Positions 31,401 through 40,973 of a stretch of 64,000 bases of DNA are shown in pieces. Below the pieces are notes generated by a model. It had not been told where the DNA came from and searched no databases. It saw nothing but the letters and a program-made list of their open reading frames with translations. Position numbers and translations under genes: made by a program. This DNA comes from Myxococcota bacterium (GTDB taxonomy: Bacteria > Myxococcota_A > UBA796 > GCA-2862545), in contig JBCCQY010000016.1 in NCBI GenBank assembly GCA_039208735.1, positions 24,822-88,821 of the forward strand, given 5' to 3'. Numbering within the stretch: the first letter of the stretch is position 1; each line of letters opens with the position of its first letter.

Positions 31401-31613
31401 GGGGACGACGTCCTTGATGGTGCCCGGCACGAGGTGGCCGTAGTGCGGCAGACCCGTGGCAAATGGAGGACCATCGTAGAACGAAAAGGACTTGGACGGA
31501 TCACGCCGCGACACCGACCGCGCGAAGGCGTCAATCCGCTCCCACAGCTCAATGATCTGAGACTCTTGCTGCGGGAAATTCGGATCTTTGGCCACTGCGG
31601 GAAAGGTGGGCAT
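28461..31613 (-). CDS. ileS: Isoleucine--tRNA ligase, type 2 (archaeal/eukaryote-like)
   Basis: DGPPFATGLPHYGH, WTTTPWTLP, GTGLVH, EGLDQTRGWF and KMSKS; C-terminus EGIARELV...RKDLGLEVTDRV. Start placed at ATG 31613. Confidence 0.96.
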   Translation of the reverse strand: MPTFPAVAKDPNFPQQESQIIELWERIDAFARSVSRRDPSKSFSFYDGPPFATGLPHYGHLVPGTIKDVVPRYWTMRGYRVERRFGWDTHGLPIEMLMEKKLELNGPSAVRDYGVDKFNEACRDNVLTYVNEWRRIVGRLGRWIDFDNDYKTMDLSFMESVWWVFRQLWDKGLVYRDFRVMPYSWRLSTSLSNFEANSDYRTVQDPAITVAMPAKKGDDVLLIWTTTPWTLPSNQAIAVGADIDYVRAKRPDDDTVYVVAEARMEAVLGKAAEVVERVKGAELVGITYEPLFPYFVDRPNAFVVIEAPHVTTEDGTGLVHMAPDFGEEDFHAARAAGIDVLQSVDDEGRFTAAVGEFAGRNVKEADPDLIRWIKKTGRLFRQETLTHQYPFCWRSETPLIYRALPAWFVKVSDLRERMVEHNQSIHWVPDFVGSKRFGNWLEDARDWNVSRNRFWGTPLPIWVCDHDESHKVCIGSAKELEEKTGATIDDIHPHKIDHLTFVCPECGGTMRRVTEVFDCWFESGSMPYAQSHYPFEGESTFEQRFPAQFIAEGLDQTRGWFYTLLVLGTALFDRSPFENVVVNGMVLAEDGAKMSKSKMNFTSPETILDEYGADALRAYLVNSPVVRAEKLKFLDQGVQEVVRTVLLPLHNAHSFFVQYANIDEWTPTADRPPVAERPELDRWLVSHLQSLIADVDTEMEVYHLYNVVPRVLAFIDDLTNWYIRLSRRRFWRSADDAAAKHDKACAYATLYETLVTFTKVLAPILPFATEAIYQSLVVAPGVQDGDADSVHLCDWPRVDEAVIDRDLEAQVRWSRDIVRLGRRLRERHKLKTRQPLGSLTIVHHEPDVRAAVEAQAAIIADELNVKEVVVQAEGDQLATLTCKPNFKTLGRRFGKQMKDAAKLIGAWGAEEYRQLQAGETLEVLGEAIAEADVDVRRESREDVVIETEGALIVAFDTALTDELVAEGIARELVSAAQQARKDLGLEVTDRVALTVTSAHAGLRDAVEGQRESIATELLATSIDVVDRAAAGVILSTVRGPIEVTIGVAKA

Positions 31614-31716
31614 CGGGTACTCCGCCCGGCCGTGACGTTGGCCGGGTCTGGGTTTCGTATTGAGGGCACGGGGTCCCGGCCAAGGGGAAACGACCGCCGC
31701 AATCGGCGCCGTGCGT

Positions 31717-32847
31717 TCAGCGAAGTTGGCCGAGAATCGCCGCAATGGCATCGATGGCCGAGGCGCCCAGCCGTTCTGCGCGGCCCGGCGACCACCCGAC
31801 GTCGGGTTGCGGCCGGTTGGCGGTGTCTTTGAACGGCTGCTCCAAGGTGAGGGCCAGGCAGTCGAAGCGGTGCGCCACCTGATTGCTGCACATGGTGAGG
31901 TTCGCCTGCCCCGGGGCCGCCTTCGGATAGCCGTAGGTCTTCTGCATGTCGGGGTTGGCCTCGATGTAGGCGTCGAGGAAGCGCTGCTGGATCGTGGCGA
32001 TGCGCTCCGAGTAGCTTGGAACACCCTCGGGTCCGGCGAGGAAATTGTAGGGCAGTTCTTCGTCTCCGTGCACATCCAGGCAGAAGTCTACGCCCGTTTC
32101 ATCCATTCGATCGCGAACGAGCTTGACCTCGGGCGACCGTTCCATGGTGGGGGCGTGCCACTCGCGGTTCAAGTTGGCGCCCGCGGCATTGTTTCGCAGG
32201 TGACCCCTTCGGGAACCGTCCGGGTTCATGTTGGGCACCACATGGAACGTGGCTCCATCCCGCAGCCGGCCGGCCAGGGCATCGCGAGGATCCACAAGGC
32301 GACGCAGAAACCCCTGCATCCACCACTCTGCCATGGATTCGCCGGGATGCTGACGGGCGATCGCCCACACCGTCCGAGGTCCAGATCCCACATGGACCAC
32401 GTCAAGATCGTGGCCATCGAGGGTGGCGCCAAGACGCTCCACGGTCACGCCTTCGACCTGCTGGGTACGACCGATCAAGTCCTGGTGTTGCTCCCAGCTA
32501 AAGGGCGCGAAGTACGCGTACCAGGTCACATCCGCGGTGGGCGTGTGTTCGATGTGCAATTGGCCAGATTCGTAGCGCGTCGGCACCCGGAACCAGTGGA
32601 CGCGATCGGTGCTCGCGACCGCCTGGTAGCCGTTCCATGCTTTCGCATACGAACACTCCGCGGCGTTCACGATACGTAGCCGCAGCGGTTGGTTGCGCGC
32701 TCCTCCGACGCGGAAGTGGAACCATTGTAGATGGTCGCCCCCGGCATCCCGGCGGATCGCGAGCTGGACATCATCAGAACGGCTCGCATCCAAAACATCG
32801 ATGTTGCCGGAATCGAAGGCGGCGCTCACGTGTATCGCCATTAGCAT
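31717..32847 (-). CDS. M14 zinc carboxypeptidase (cytosolic carboxypeptidase type)
   Basis: FDSGNI, WFHF, ARQHPGE, NMNPDG, NLNREW, DVHGDE and TLEQPFKD. Confidence 0.92.
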   Translation of the reverse strand: MLMAIHVSAAFDSGNIDVLDASRSDDVQLAIRRDAGGDHLQWFHFRVGGARNQPLRLRIVNAAECSYAKAWNGYQAVASTDRVHWFRVPTRYESGQLHIEHTPTADVTWYAYFAPFSWEQHQDLIGRTQQVEGVTVERLGATLDGHDLDVVHVGSGPRTVWAIARQHPGESMAEWWMQGFLRRLVDPRDALAGRLRDGATFHVVPNMNPDGSRRGHLRNNAAGANLNREWHAPTMERSPEVKLVRDRMDETGVDFCLDVHGDEELPYNFLAGPEGVPSYSERIATIQQRFLDAYIEANPDMQKTYGYPKAAPGQANLTMCSNQVAHRFDCLALTLEQPFKDTANRPQPDVGWSPGRAERLGASAIDAIAAILGQLR

Positions 32848-32990
32848 TTTCCCCTAAAGGTCCATTGTCGAGGTCGTTAGTGTCCGATTCAGGACCGAAA
32901 CCCTCGCGTGCCTGTTCTTGTGTTTCTCGACGGGCGGCCTGACGGCCGCCGGTTATCCCGTCATGTCGGTCCTACCGAAGGAGGCTGCGG

Positions 32991-33869
32991 GTGGCATCCC
33001 CCACCAACCTGCTCAACCCCTGGACGGCCTACAGTGCCCTCCGTGATCAACTCGGAAGCGTCCGGCGCGTGTATCTCGCGCGCCCGGCCACGCCCGAGGT
33101 CGCACATCTTCAAGGCAGGTCCGACGTCGTCGCGCTGATTCACGGGTTCTTCCAAACGCCCAACATCTGGGATGTGATGGAGGATCGCCTTCGCCACGAT
33201 GGCTTTGGGGTGGTGACCTTCCACCTCAAGGGCTTGCTCGGCCGGTTCAACACCCGGCGGGTCGACGCCTGTGCTCGCACGGTGGGCATGGCGCTGCACG
33301 ACCTCCGCGAAGCGCACCCCGAATTGCGGATCCACCTCGTGGGCCACAGCAAGGGCGGCATCATTGCGCGGCGCCTCGTCCAACACCAGGGTGGGGATGA
33401 GTACGCAACCTCGGTGACTACGCTGGGCACACCGCACCATGGAACGCCCCTCGCGGCGGTCGGCATGGCGATCCTCGGCATGTCAGGCACGCTGCGCAGC
33501 TCGGCCAACGACCTGCTGCCCGGCTCGTCCGTCGTCGAAGCCCTCTCGCGCGATACCTTCCCCGCCCACATCCCGCTGACGTCGATCTACTCGACGTCGG
33601 ACCTGGTCACGCCCACGTGGTCTGCGACGCTGCGGCCTCGGCCCGGTGAACACCACCTCGAAAACGTGCAGGTCAAGCACGTCGGTCATTCCGAACTGGT
33701 GTGGGATGCAGGCGTCTACCGGGTGGTCCGGGAGCGTCTCGAGCAGGCGGCCGCGCTCGCCCAGGAGCGGTTGGCCGGCACCGACGAAGAACCCCGGGCG
33801 TGCCCCATCGATGATGTGCTTCGGTCTTCGGGGCTTCCGGTCGGCACGCGCCAGCTCGCGGCGAAGTAG
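32991..33869 (+). CDS. Lipase/esterase, alpha/beta hydrolase
   Basis: LIHGF, VGHSKGG, TLGTPHHGT, DLV and VGH catalytic-triad pattern. Confidence 0.85.
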   Translation: MASPTNLLNPWTAYSALRDQLGSVRRVYLARPATPEVAHLQGRSDVVALIHGFFQTPNIWDVMEDRLRHDGFGVVTFHLKGLLGRFNTRRVDACARTVGMALHDLREAHPELRIHLVGHSKGGIIARRLVQHQGGDEYATSVTTLGTPHHGTPLAAVGMAILGMSGTLRSSANDLLPGSSVVEALSRDTFPAHIPLTSIYSTSDLVTPTWSATLRPRPGEHHLENVQVKHVGHSELVWDAGVYRVVRERLEQAAALAQERLAGTDEEPRACPIDDVLRSSGLPVGTRQLAAK

Positions 33870-33871
33870 CC

Positions 33872-34882
33872 ATGAGCAAAGCGTACCGGGACGCGGGCGT
33901 CGACATCGAAGCCGGTGACGCCCTGGTCGAACGCATCAAACCTGCCGTAAAGGCCACCCATCGCCCCGAAGTGATGGGAGGCATCGGCGGTTTCGCAGGA
34001 TTGTTCGCCCTCGACACAAGCCGCTACCAAAACCCGGTTTTGGTGTCGGGGACCGATGGCGTCGGCACGAAGCTCCTCGTGGCTCAACGATTGGGCCGCC
34101 ACGACACGATCGGCCAAGATCTCGTCGCCATGTGCGTCAACGACATCGCCACGACGGGCGCTGAGCCCTTGTTCTTCCTCGACTACTTTGCGACGGGCAA
34201 GCTCAATGTCGACGAAGCCGCCCAGGTCGTCGAAGGCATTGCTCGGGCGTGCAAGGAGGCGGGATGTGCGCTCCTCGGCGGCGAAACGGCCGAGATGCCC
34301 GCCATGTACTCGCCAGGCCACTATGACCTCGCTGGGTTTTGTGTAGGCATTGCCGAGCGAGAAGAGCTGATCACGGGGCAAGACATTCGCCCAGGCATGG
34401 CGCTGGTGGGCGTGCCCTCCGCAGGGCTCCACAGCAACGGATTTTCGCTCGTTCGCAAGCTGCTCGTCGACTCCGAGACGTTTTCCCTTGACGAAGACGT
34501 AGGTGGCTTTGGGCGCACGCTCGGCGAGGAACTGCTCGCTCCCACGCGCATCTACGTCCAAGCCCTGCGTGACCTTAGGACACTCACCACCGTGCACGGC
34601 GCCTCCCACATCACGGGTGGCGGCCTTCCAGGGAACATCGTCCGCATGTTGCCCGAAGGCTGTGGAGCGCAGCTCGCTCGCGGCAGCTGGCCCGTGCCCC
34701 CAATCTTCGGTCTGCTTTCAGAGGTCGGCGAACTCTCCGAAGACGACATGGTCCGCACCTTCAACTGCGGCCTTGGACTCGTGTGTGCAATCGACGCGGA
34801 TGCCGCCCCTACGGTCGTCGACGCAGGATTAGGCTACCTCGTGGGAGAGGTCGGGCAAGGCGAAGGACTCGTTTGGACATGA
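33872..34882 (+). CDS. purM: Phosphoribosylformylglycinamidine cyclo-ligase (AIR synthetase)
   Basis: YRDAGVDI, GTDGVGTK, GGETAEMP, GLHSNGFS and HITGGG. Confidence 0.97.
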   Translation: MSKAYRDAGVDIEAGDALVERIKPAVKATHRPEVMGGIGGFAGLFALDTSRYQNPVLVSGTDGVGTKLLVAQRLGRHDTIGQDLVAMCVNDIATTGAEPLFFLDYFATGKLNVDEAAQVVEGIARACKEAGCALLGGETAEMPAMYSPGHYDLAGFCVGIAEREELITGQDIRPGMALVGVPSAGLHSNGFSLVRKLLVDSETFSLDEDVGGFGRTLGEELLAPTRIYVQALRDLRTLTTVHGASHITGGGLPGNIVRMLPEGCGAQLARGSWPVPPIFGLLSEVGELSEDDMVRTFNCGLGLVCAIDADAAPTVVDAGLGYLVGEVGQGEGLVWT

Positions 34883-35490
34883 ACACGGGCAAGGTCAGGG
34901 TCGGCGTTCTTGCCAGTGGCAGCGGAACCAACTTTCGTTCCTTGGTCGAATCGACTCGCATGCCGGGTCACCCCGCCGAAATCGTCGTGCTGGGGAGTGA
35001 CCGAAAGGCGTCCGGGGCCGTTGTACGTGCGCGCGACGCGGGCATTCCCAGCTTTGTCGAGTTGCTTCGCGAGTACCCGGACCGCGTCGCCTTCGATAAG
35101 GCCATCGCACACCAGCTTCGCAGCTACGACGTCGATTGGGTCTGTCTCGCCGGCTACATGAAGCTCGTGGGTGAGCCCATTCTCAAGGCCTTTCCGAGCC
35201 GCATTCTAAATGTGCACCCGTCGTTACTGCCCGCATTTCCGGGCCTCAACGCCCCGCAGCAAGCGCTGGATTACGGGGTGCGGGTCTCGGGCTGCACCGT
35301 GCACTTGGTCAACGCTGGCACCGATACTGGGCCCATCGTGGCCCAGCAGGCGGTCGACATCCAGCCGGGCGACGATGCCCACAGTTTGCACTCACGCATC
35401 CAGCTCGTGGAACACGAGCTGTTCCCCAAGGTGCTGCGCTGGGCCGCCGAAGGACGCATTTCCCCCGACGGCCGCGTCGACTACGCGTAG
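34879..35490 (+). CDS. purN: Phosphoribosylglycinamide formyltransferase
   Basis: LASGSGTN, LAGYM, NVHPSLLP, GCTVH and DTGPI; ATGA overlap with purM. Confidence 0.96.
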   Translation: MNTGKVRVGVLASGSGTNFRSLVESTRMPGHPAEIVVLGSDRKASGAVVRARDAGIPSFVELLREYPDRVAFDKAIAHQLRSYDVDWVCLAGYMKLVGEPILKAFPSRILNVHPSLLPAFPGLNAPQQALDYGVRVSGCTVHLVNAGTDTGPIVAQQAVDIQPGDDAHSLHSRIQLVEHELFPKVLRWAAEGRISPDGRVDYA

Positions 35491-35491
35491 G

Positions 35492-36481
35492 TCACTTGGC
35501 GGGAGGGGCTTGCGGCCGCTTGGACGTGGCAAAGTCACCGTTAAACGCGAGGCCTGCCGCGATGAGAGGCAACCCACGCGGAATGCCCACGGTCTGGCCA
35601 TTTCGTTCGAACTGGCCCGTGCGGTAAGGGTGCTGGGCCCACCACTGGGCAATCACAAACAACGTGGGCTGATTGAAACGCGACCCCGCCCCCTTGTCCG
35701 AAAACTGGTAGGCGAAGAGCGGTCCTACCCGATGATGGGCGAGATTTCCCTCATCCCCAATGTCGAGCTTGGTGAGGTTCGCGGTAAACGTGTAACGAGC
35801 CCCGATCCGAGCCTTGCCCGCGAGCAGGAGCAGGTCGGTGTCCTGCAGCCACATGAAGCCACCGTTCGGAGCTAGACGATCCCAATACTGATCGTAGAAC
35901 GACACGTCATCGCCCTCCAGACCAATGTTGTAGATCTGCGTTTGGCCGGTCGTACGAAGGGCGATGGGGCCGGCCGCGGCGCGCACCGTGAAGCCTGCCA
36001 CGGCCACCCAGCCCGACGTGCCGAAGTTCAACCCCAGGTCGCCCTCATCGGCGATTTCTTGATCCGTATATTGAGCGGCTTGACCCGCCGGGTATGACAA
36101 GACCTGATCAAACGTCGAGAAGTAGCTGATGCCCTCAACCTGGGCGAAAACCCGGAATACCGACAGGAGCTGAGCCTCACCATAGGCCCCAATTCGGCCG
36201 TAGGCCGGGGTGAGAAGGGCGGTCAATCCACCATACGTGTAGGTGTCTTGCAGCAAGATGCTGTCGCTGGTCGACAGGCGGCGGCGCACACCCAAGCGGA
36301 AAATGTTGATCAAACCAAGCGGATTCGCCCGAAGAAACGTGGCGTTGGTGTAATACAGCCGTCGCTTGGGGGCCGGAACATAGTCCTCCGCGCCCCCCTC
36401 GAACCCAGCATCATCGCCACGCGCACCGCGGTCCTGGCCAAACGCAGCGAACATCCCGAGTAGCAGCCCAACAAGCATCAT
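35492..36481 (-). CDS. Hypothetical secreted protein, possibly an outer-membrane beta-barrel
   Basis: Signal peptide; amphipathic, aromatic-rich beta-strand pattern. Confidence 0.65.
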   Translation of the reverse strand: MMLVGLLLGMFAAFGQDRGARGDDAGFEGGAEDYVPAPKRRLYYTNATFLRANPLGLINIFRLGVRRRLSTSDSILLQDTYTYGGLTALLTPAYGRIGAYGEAQLLSVFRVFAQVEGISYFSTFDQVLSYPAGQAAQYTDQEIADEGDLGLNFGTSGWVAVAGFTVRAAAGPIALRTTGQTQIYNIGLEGDDVSFYDQYWDRLAPNGGFMWLQDTDLLLLAGKARIGARYTFTANLTKLDIGDEGNLAHHRVGPLFAYQFSDKGAGSRFNQPTLFVIAQWWAQHPYRTGQFERNGQTVGIPRGLPLIAAGLAFNGDFATSKRPQAPPAK

Positions 36482-36527
36482 GGAATCCTCCGAATCGTCG
36501 GAGGCTACCGCAAATGGGGCGTCCTCG

Positions 36528-38687
36528 TCAGCCCATGGTTCGCTGAACGGCCTCGACCCCAGGCAATCTCTCGATGCTTCGGATGAGGCGCGTCAGCTCG
36601 TGCACGTCACGGAGCGACAATTCGAGGTTCACCATCGCAGGATTTTCCCCCGCGGTCCGTGCCTCGGCCCTCAGAATGTTCACACCACTCTGCTCGCACA
36701 CTTTGGAGATGTTGGCGAGCATTCCCGGCCGATCACTGCAATGAATCGCGATCGCCCCTGCATGCTTGCACTCCGAGCCCTTTTCCCACTCGACGGGGAT
36801 CTGACGAGCCCCATCCATGGATCCAAGCTGCTCACACGCCTGTTTGTGGACGGTGATGCCTCGCCCGCGCGTGATGAACCCCACCACGTCTTCGCCAGGA
36901 AGAGGGGCACAGCACCGCGCAAAGGTGACGAGCACGCCATCTTCCCCACTGATGAGCACCGGAGAGGTCGTCGGACGGCGGAACTGACGATTGAGCCAGG
37001 AAGTGAGTCCATTCTGCTGTGCCGGCTGGGGACCCAGTTCGGCCCCCTCGGGGAGCAAGTCGCGCGCGACCCGTTTGAGCCCTTCGGCTCCCCGTGCCAC
37101 ATCGACCAAGAAGGGTTCGATGTCGCGGTGACCACGTTGCTTGAGGCAATCCTTGAGGAGCCCTTCGCGTTGCGCACGCTGCAACGAGTAGCCGTGGCGC
37201 TTCAGCTCTCCGTCGAGCATTTCACGCCCCAGACGAGCCCCTTGCTCTTCCTCGAGTTGCCGCAGGTGCCGACGAATCTTCTGAATCGCACGAGAGGTTC
37301 GAGCGATTTGGAGCCAATCTCGGTTCGGACGTTGGCTCTCAGACGTGAGGATCTCGAGCACGTCCCCCGACTGCAGTTCGTACCGCAACGGCACCATTTT
37401 GCCGTTGACCCGGGCCCCCGTACAATGCTCGCCCACGTCGGTGTGGACGGCATAGGCGAAATCGAGCGCCGTGGCCCCGGCGGGGAATCGTTTCACATCC
37501 CCCATGGGCGTAAACACGAAGACCTCGTCCGAGTAAAACTCGACTTTGACGGCCTCCATGAATTCGGTGGCGTCTTCGGCTTCGCGGACCGCGTCGAACA
37601 CTTCGCGAATTTTACCGATGCGTAGCACATCTTCAGGGGACAGGGCGAGATGCCCCTCCTTGTACTGCCAGTGCGCCGCGATGCCTTCTTCGGCCACCCG
37701 ATCCATCTCGTCGGTACGAATCTGGATTTCGACACGCCGATCGTCCCGGCCCGTGACGGTGGTGTGCAGCGACTGGTAGCCATTCGCCTTGGGTCTCGCG
37801 ATGTAGTCCTTGATTCGATCCGGAATCGGCGGGTACTTCGCGTGGACCAGCCCCAATGCGGCGTAGCAGGTGCCCACGTCATCCACGAGAATGCGGAAGG
37901 CCAGCAAGTCGGGAATGTCCTGCACATCGAGCCCGCGAGACAGCATCTTGCGATGGATACTCGCCGCCGATTTCGCGCGACCCTTCACGCGAGCCGTGAT
38001 GCCGTGTTCGGCAAGGTGCTCACGCAGATGGCGCGCCACGTGCTCGGTGTATTCCGCACGGTCCGCTTGGCTCGTCTCGAGGTAGTCGACGACGTGCTCG
38101 TAGGCGTTTGGAGCCAACGCCTCGAAGCAGTAGTCTTCGAGACGGGACTTGATGCGGGAGAGTCCCAGTCGGTTTGCGATCGGGACGTAGATCTCCTTCG
38201 TCTCGTTCGCGATCATCGCCCTCTTTTCAGGTCGATGATGCCGAATGGTGCTCATGTTGTGGAGCCGGTCCGCGAGCTTCACCAAGATGACGCGCAGGTC
38301 GCGACTCATCGCGAGCATCATCTTACGGAAGTTCTCGGCCGCCAACTCCTCTCGGGACCGGAAGCGCAGTTTGCCGATCTTGGTGACCCCATCGACCAAG
38401 CCCGTGACGACAGGACCGATTTCGGCCTGCATCTCTTCTTTGGTGATGGGGTTGTCCTCGAGTGCATCATGCAGCAAGGCCGTCGCGATCGTTTCGACGT
38501 CCATACGGAGGTCGGCCAGGATCATCGCCACGGCAAGCGGATGCGTGAGGTAGGGCTCACCAGACTTGCGGGTCTGTCCCGCATGCGCCCGAGCGGCCAG
38601 CAAGTAGGCCGTCATCACGGGCTTCAGGTCGGCGTCGGGGCTGTACCCCTTGATGCGCTCCATGATGTCGGAAATCGTTGGAGTCAC
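36528..38687 (-). CDS. rel: Bifunctional (p)ppGpp synthetase/hydrolase (long RSH, Rel)
   Basis: RKSGEPYLTHP, LLHDALED, KLADRLHN, YQSLHT, EIQIRT, TGS domain and C-terminal ACT domain. Start placed at GTG 38687. Confidence 0.95.
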   Translation of the reverse strand: MTPTISDIMERIKGYSPDADLKPVMTAYLLAARAHAGQTRKSGEPYLTHPLAVAMILADLRMDVETIATALLHDALEDNPITKEEMQAEIGPVVTGLVDGVTKIGKLRFRSREELAAENFRKMMLAMSRDLRVILVKLADRLHNMSTIRHHRPEKRAMIANETKEIYVPIANRLGLSRIKSRLEDYCFEALAPNAYEHVVDYLETSQADRAEYTEHVARHLREHLAEHGITARVKGRAKSAASIHRKMLSRGLDVQDIPDLLAFRILVDDVGTCYAALGLVHAKYPPIPDRIKDYIARPKANGYQSLHTTVTGRDDRRVEIQIRTDEMDRVAEEGIAAHWQYKEGHLALSPEDVLRIGKIREVFDAVREAEDATEFMEAVKVEFYSDEVFVFTPMGDVKRFPAGATALDFAYAVHTDVGEHCTGARVNGKMVPLRYELQSGDVLEILTSESQRPNRDWLQIARTSRAIQKIRRHLRQLEEEQGARLGREMLDGELKRHGYSLQRAQREGLLKDCLKQRGHRDIEPFLVDVARGAEGLKRVARDLLPEGAELGPQPAQQNGLTSWLNRQFRRPTTSPVLISGEDGVLVTFARCCAPLPGEDVVGFITRGRGITVHKQACEQLGSMDGARQIPVEWEKGSECKHAGAIAIHCSDRPGMLANISKVCEQSGVNILRAEARTAGENPAMVNLELSLRDVHELTRLIRSIERLPGVEAVQRTMG

Positions 38688-38694
38688 AAGACCT

Positions 38695-39111
38695 CTATCG
38701 ATCGTTATATCCCCGTTCTGGACCAATGGGCGTGCGCAACGCTCGAAGTTGATCGAGCACCAGCTTGGCGCGAGCCATATCGTCGCCCGCCTGGTGACGA
38801 ATCCAAAATGCGGTCCGCCAGGCGAGGTAAGCCGCCGACCAATCCGATGCGCGACGGGCCAGTTCCGCCGTCCATTCTTCGACTTGGACCACCCGACGCA
38901 AGCGCCAACCGTCCTCCATGGCCGCCGTGGCGTGGGCGTAAGCCGCATGGCGCGCCACATCGAGGCGCCGGGCCACCTCTTCCGGATCCACGTCCGGGTC
39001 CCGAAGGCCCTCCCACGCGGATTGCATGACACCGAGGAGCGACTCCCCACTCGGCGTAGGCGCCACCTTCGGCAATGGCTCGGCGAACAAGGGTTCGGGC
39101 AGCTCGGTCAT
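38695..39111 (-). CDS. Hypothetical helical protein
   Basis: ATGA overlap with the amidohydrolase stop; ends 7 nt before the rel start. Confidence 0.6.
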   Translation of the reverse strand: MTELPEPLFAEPLPKVAPTPSGESLLGVMQSAWEGLRDPDVDPEEVARRLDVARHAAYAHATAAMEDGWRLRRVVQVEEWTAELARRASDWSAAYLAWRTAFWIRHQAGDDMARAKLVLDQLRALRTPIGPERGYNDR

Positions 39112-40262
39112 GCAGGCTCCAGCAGGCCGGGGCGAACGATCCAACGACGAGGGGGCGCCCTCACGAGATCCGCAAGCCGATCGACCTCGAGCAGCACCAG
39201 CCCCGGAGCGTAGCCAGGCTCGATTCGACCCGCGCGACGACGTAGCGCTCGCGCACCTCCGTCCGTCGCCATGCTCAAGATCGCGCCCGCATGCTCGGGG
39301 TAGCGTTCCACCAGAACCGCAACTTCTCCCAACACATCCAGATCGGGAGCCGATCCGAGCGAGTCCGTGCCGAGTGCGAGGGTGAGTCCGGCATCGAGCA
39401 GCGCAAGAAGATCGGGAAGCTCCCCCGTGATGTGAAGATTCGACCGAGGACACAGGCAAAGCGCGGTCCCCCGGTCGGCGAGTGTCGCCATCTCGTCTGG
39501 CCGCAGGGTCACCCCGTGAACCACCATCATGTGATCGTGGAGCACCCCAAGGCCGTCGAGCCACGCCACCGGACGCTGTCCCGGAGGATTCCAGTCCGCC
39601 CAGTCGATGCCATGCGCGTCGAGGAAGGAGGCCCAGGCCCCGGATCCATCCAGGAGAAACGAGACTTCCTCCGGATCTTCGGCGAGGTGCAAACTCCCCA
39701 CCGTGTGGGGTCGTGGCGCCGCAGCCGCCGCAATCACGTCCGCACGAGCGCTGTAGGGCGCATGAGGGCTAGGTCGAACCGTGAAGCCACCCTCGACCCG
39801 CGCCGGTGCCGATGCGGCGCTCCGCAGGTCAGCCTGCCGTGCCGCATGCATGCCAAGGATCTCGTGCTGCACGATTCCCTTGAGTCCCGCCGCCGTCAGC
39901 ACGGCCGCGGTGTCACCGCGATTGCTGATGTCGCTCACCAGCGCAGTGCCCGCTTCCACCATGGCGTTGGCGGCGCGCACCCGATGGTCCCCGGCATCGG
40001 GGGGCGGCGTGGTCGCCATCAAATCGGAGACCCATGCAGGAAGGCCTCGGCCACCCGGCACCCGGCCAGCCGCCCATGACAACTCGAGATGAAGGTGCGC
40101 ATTGACCAAACCAGGGACCAACAGCCCCCTCAAAGGGTCGGGATCACCTGGCTTTGTGGGCCGTACCTCGACGATGGTTCCCGCCGCATTCACGACCACC
40201 GCACGGTCGGGCACCGCGTTTCCAGAAAGGAAGGTTTGCGCTGCCCGAATGACCTGATTCAA
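39108..40262 (-). CDS. Metal-dependent amidohydrolase (aminodeoxyfutalosine/nucleoside deaminase-like)
   Basis: PGLVNAHLHLELS, SPHAPYS, HLAE, VHGV, CPRSN and GTDS. Confidence 0.85.
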   Translation of the reverse strand: MNQVIRAAQTFLSGNAVPDRAVVVNAAGTIVEVRPTKPGDPDPLRGLLVPGLVNAHLHLELSWAAGRVPGGRGLPAWVSDLMATTPPPDAGDHRVRAANAMVEAGTALVSDISNRGDTAAVLTAAGLKGIVQHEILGMHAARQADLRSAASAPARVEGGFTVRPSPHAPYSARADVIAAAAAPRPHTVGSLHLAEDPEEVSFLLDGSGAWASFLDAHGIDWADWNPPGQRPVAWLDGLGVLHDHMMVVHGVTLRPDEMATLADRGTALCLCPRSNLHITGELPDLLALLDAGLTLALGTDSLGSAPDLDVLGEVAVLVERYPEHAGAILSMATDGGARALRRRAGRIEPGYAPGLVLLEVDRLADLVRAPPRRWIVRPGLLEPA

Positions 40263-40973
40263 CTACGCCTCGAAGCGGTAGCCCGTCCCGTGGACGGTCA
40301 GAATATGTCGCGGCTGACCAGGAATGTCCTCGATCTTCTTTCTGAGCTTGAGGATCTGATTGTCGACCGTCCGGGTGGTGAGCGCCGCGGTGTAGCCCCA
40401 GACCTCCTGGAGCAGCTCGTCACGGCTCACATCTCGACCCCGATGGGTGATGAGGTAGGCCAGGGTGCCTGCTTCGTGCGTCGTCAGATGCGACTCATCG
40501 TCGCCCTTCCAAAGCACGCGGCGGCGAAGATCGACTTTGACATTGCCGAAGTGAAAGACGTCAGGCGTCCTCGGTTCTGCCGATCGCTCCCGCAGCCGCG
40601 CCTTGACGCGGGCGATCACCTCACGGACCGAAAACGGCTTGGTGACGTAGTCATCCGCGCCCATCTCCAAGCCCATGACCCGATCGATCTCGTCCGTCTT
40701 GGCGGTGAGCATGATCACAGGAACACCAGGAAATTCCTGCTTGACCGTGCGCATCACTTCCAACCCGTTGATGCCGGGAAGCATGATGTCGCTCACGATC
40801 AAGTCGGGCGTTCGTTCACGCACCGCCGAGATGGCATCCTCGCCCGTATGTGCGACGCGGACGTCGAAGCGCTCGTGCTCAAGCGCTGCGACTAAGCCCA
40901 TCGCAATGGTGTTGTCGTCTTCGACGACGAGAATGTCGGCGCCACTCTGATTTGGTTCTGCCGGTTCTGCCAC
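40263..40973 (-). CDS. OmpR/PhoB family response regulator
   Basis: VVEDD, DIMLP, MLTAK, GADDYVTKPF; winged helix RTVDNQILKLRKKIE...GTGYRF. Confidence 0.95.
   Translation of the reverse strand: MAEPAEPNQSGADILVVEDDNTIAMGLVAALEHERFDVRVAHTGEDAISAVRERTPDLIVSDIMLPGINGLEVMRTVKQEFPGVPVIMLTAKTDEIDRVMGLEMGADDYVTKPFSVREVIARVKARLRERSAEPRTPDVFHFGNVKVDLRRRVLWKGDDESHLTTHEAGTLAYLITHRGRDVSRDELLQEVWGYTAALTTRTVDNQILKLRKKIEDIPGQPRHILTVHGTGYRFEA

Noticed and set aside
31614..31716. T-box riboswitch upstream of ileS
   Set aside because: The region is only about 100 nt and lacks the T-box consensus.
31614..32075. N-terminal extensions in the ORF track for ileS (also rel to 39050, the kinase to 60469, the NTase to 26896 and tamB to 4709)
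   Set aside because: They overlap neighbouring real genes; downstream starts match the expected family N-termini.
32848..32990. Purine or ZTP riboswitch ahead of the lipase-purM-purN unit; hairpin GGCGGCC-TGAC-GGCCGCC at 32933-32950
   Set aside because: No riboswitch consensus is recognisable, and the hairpin lacks a U-tract, so it is not called as a terminator.
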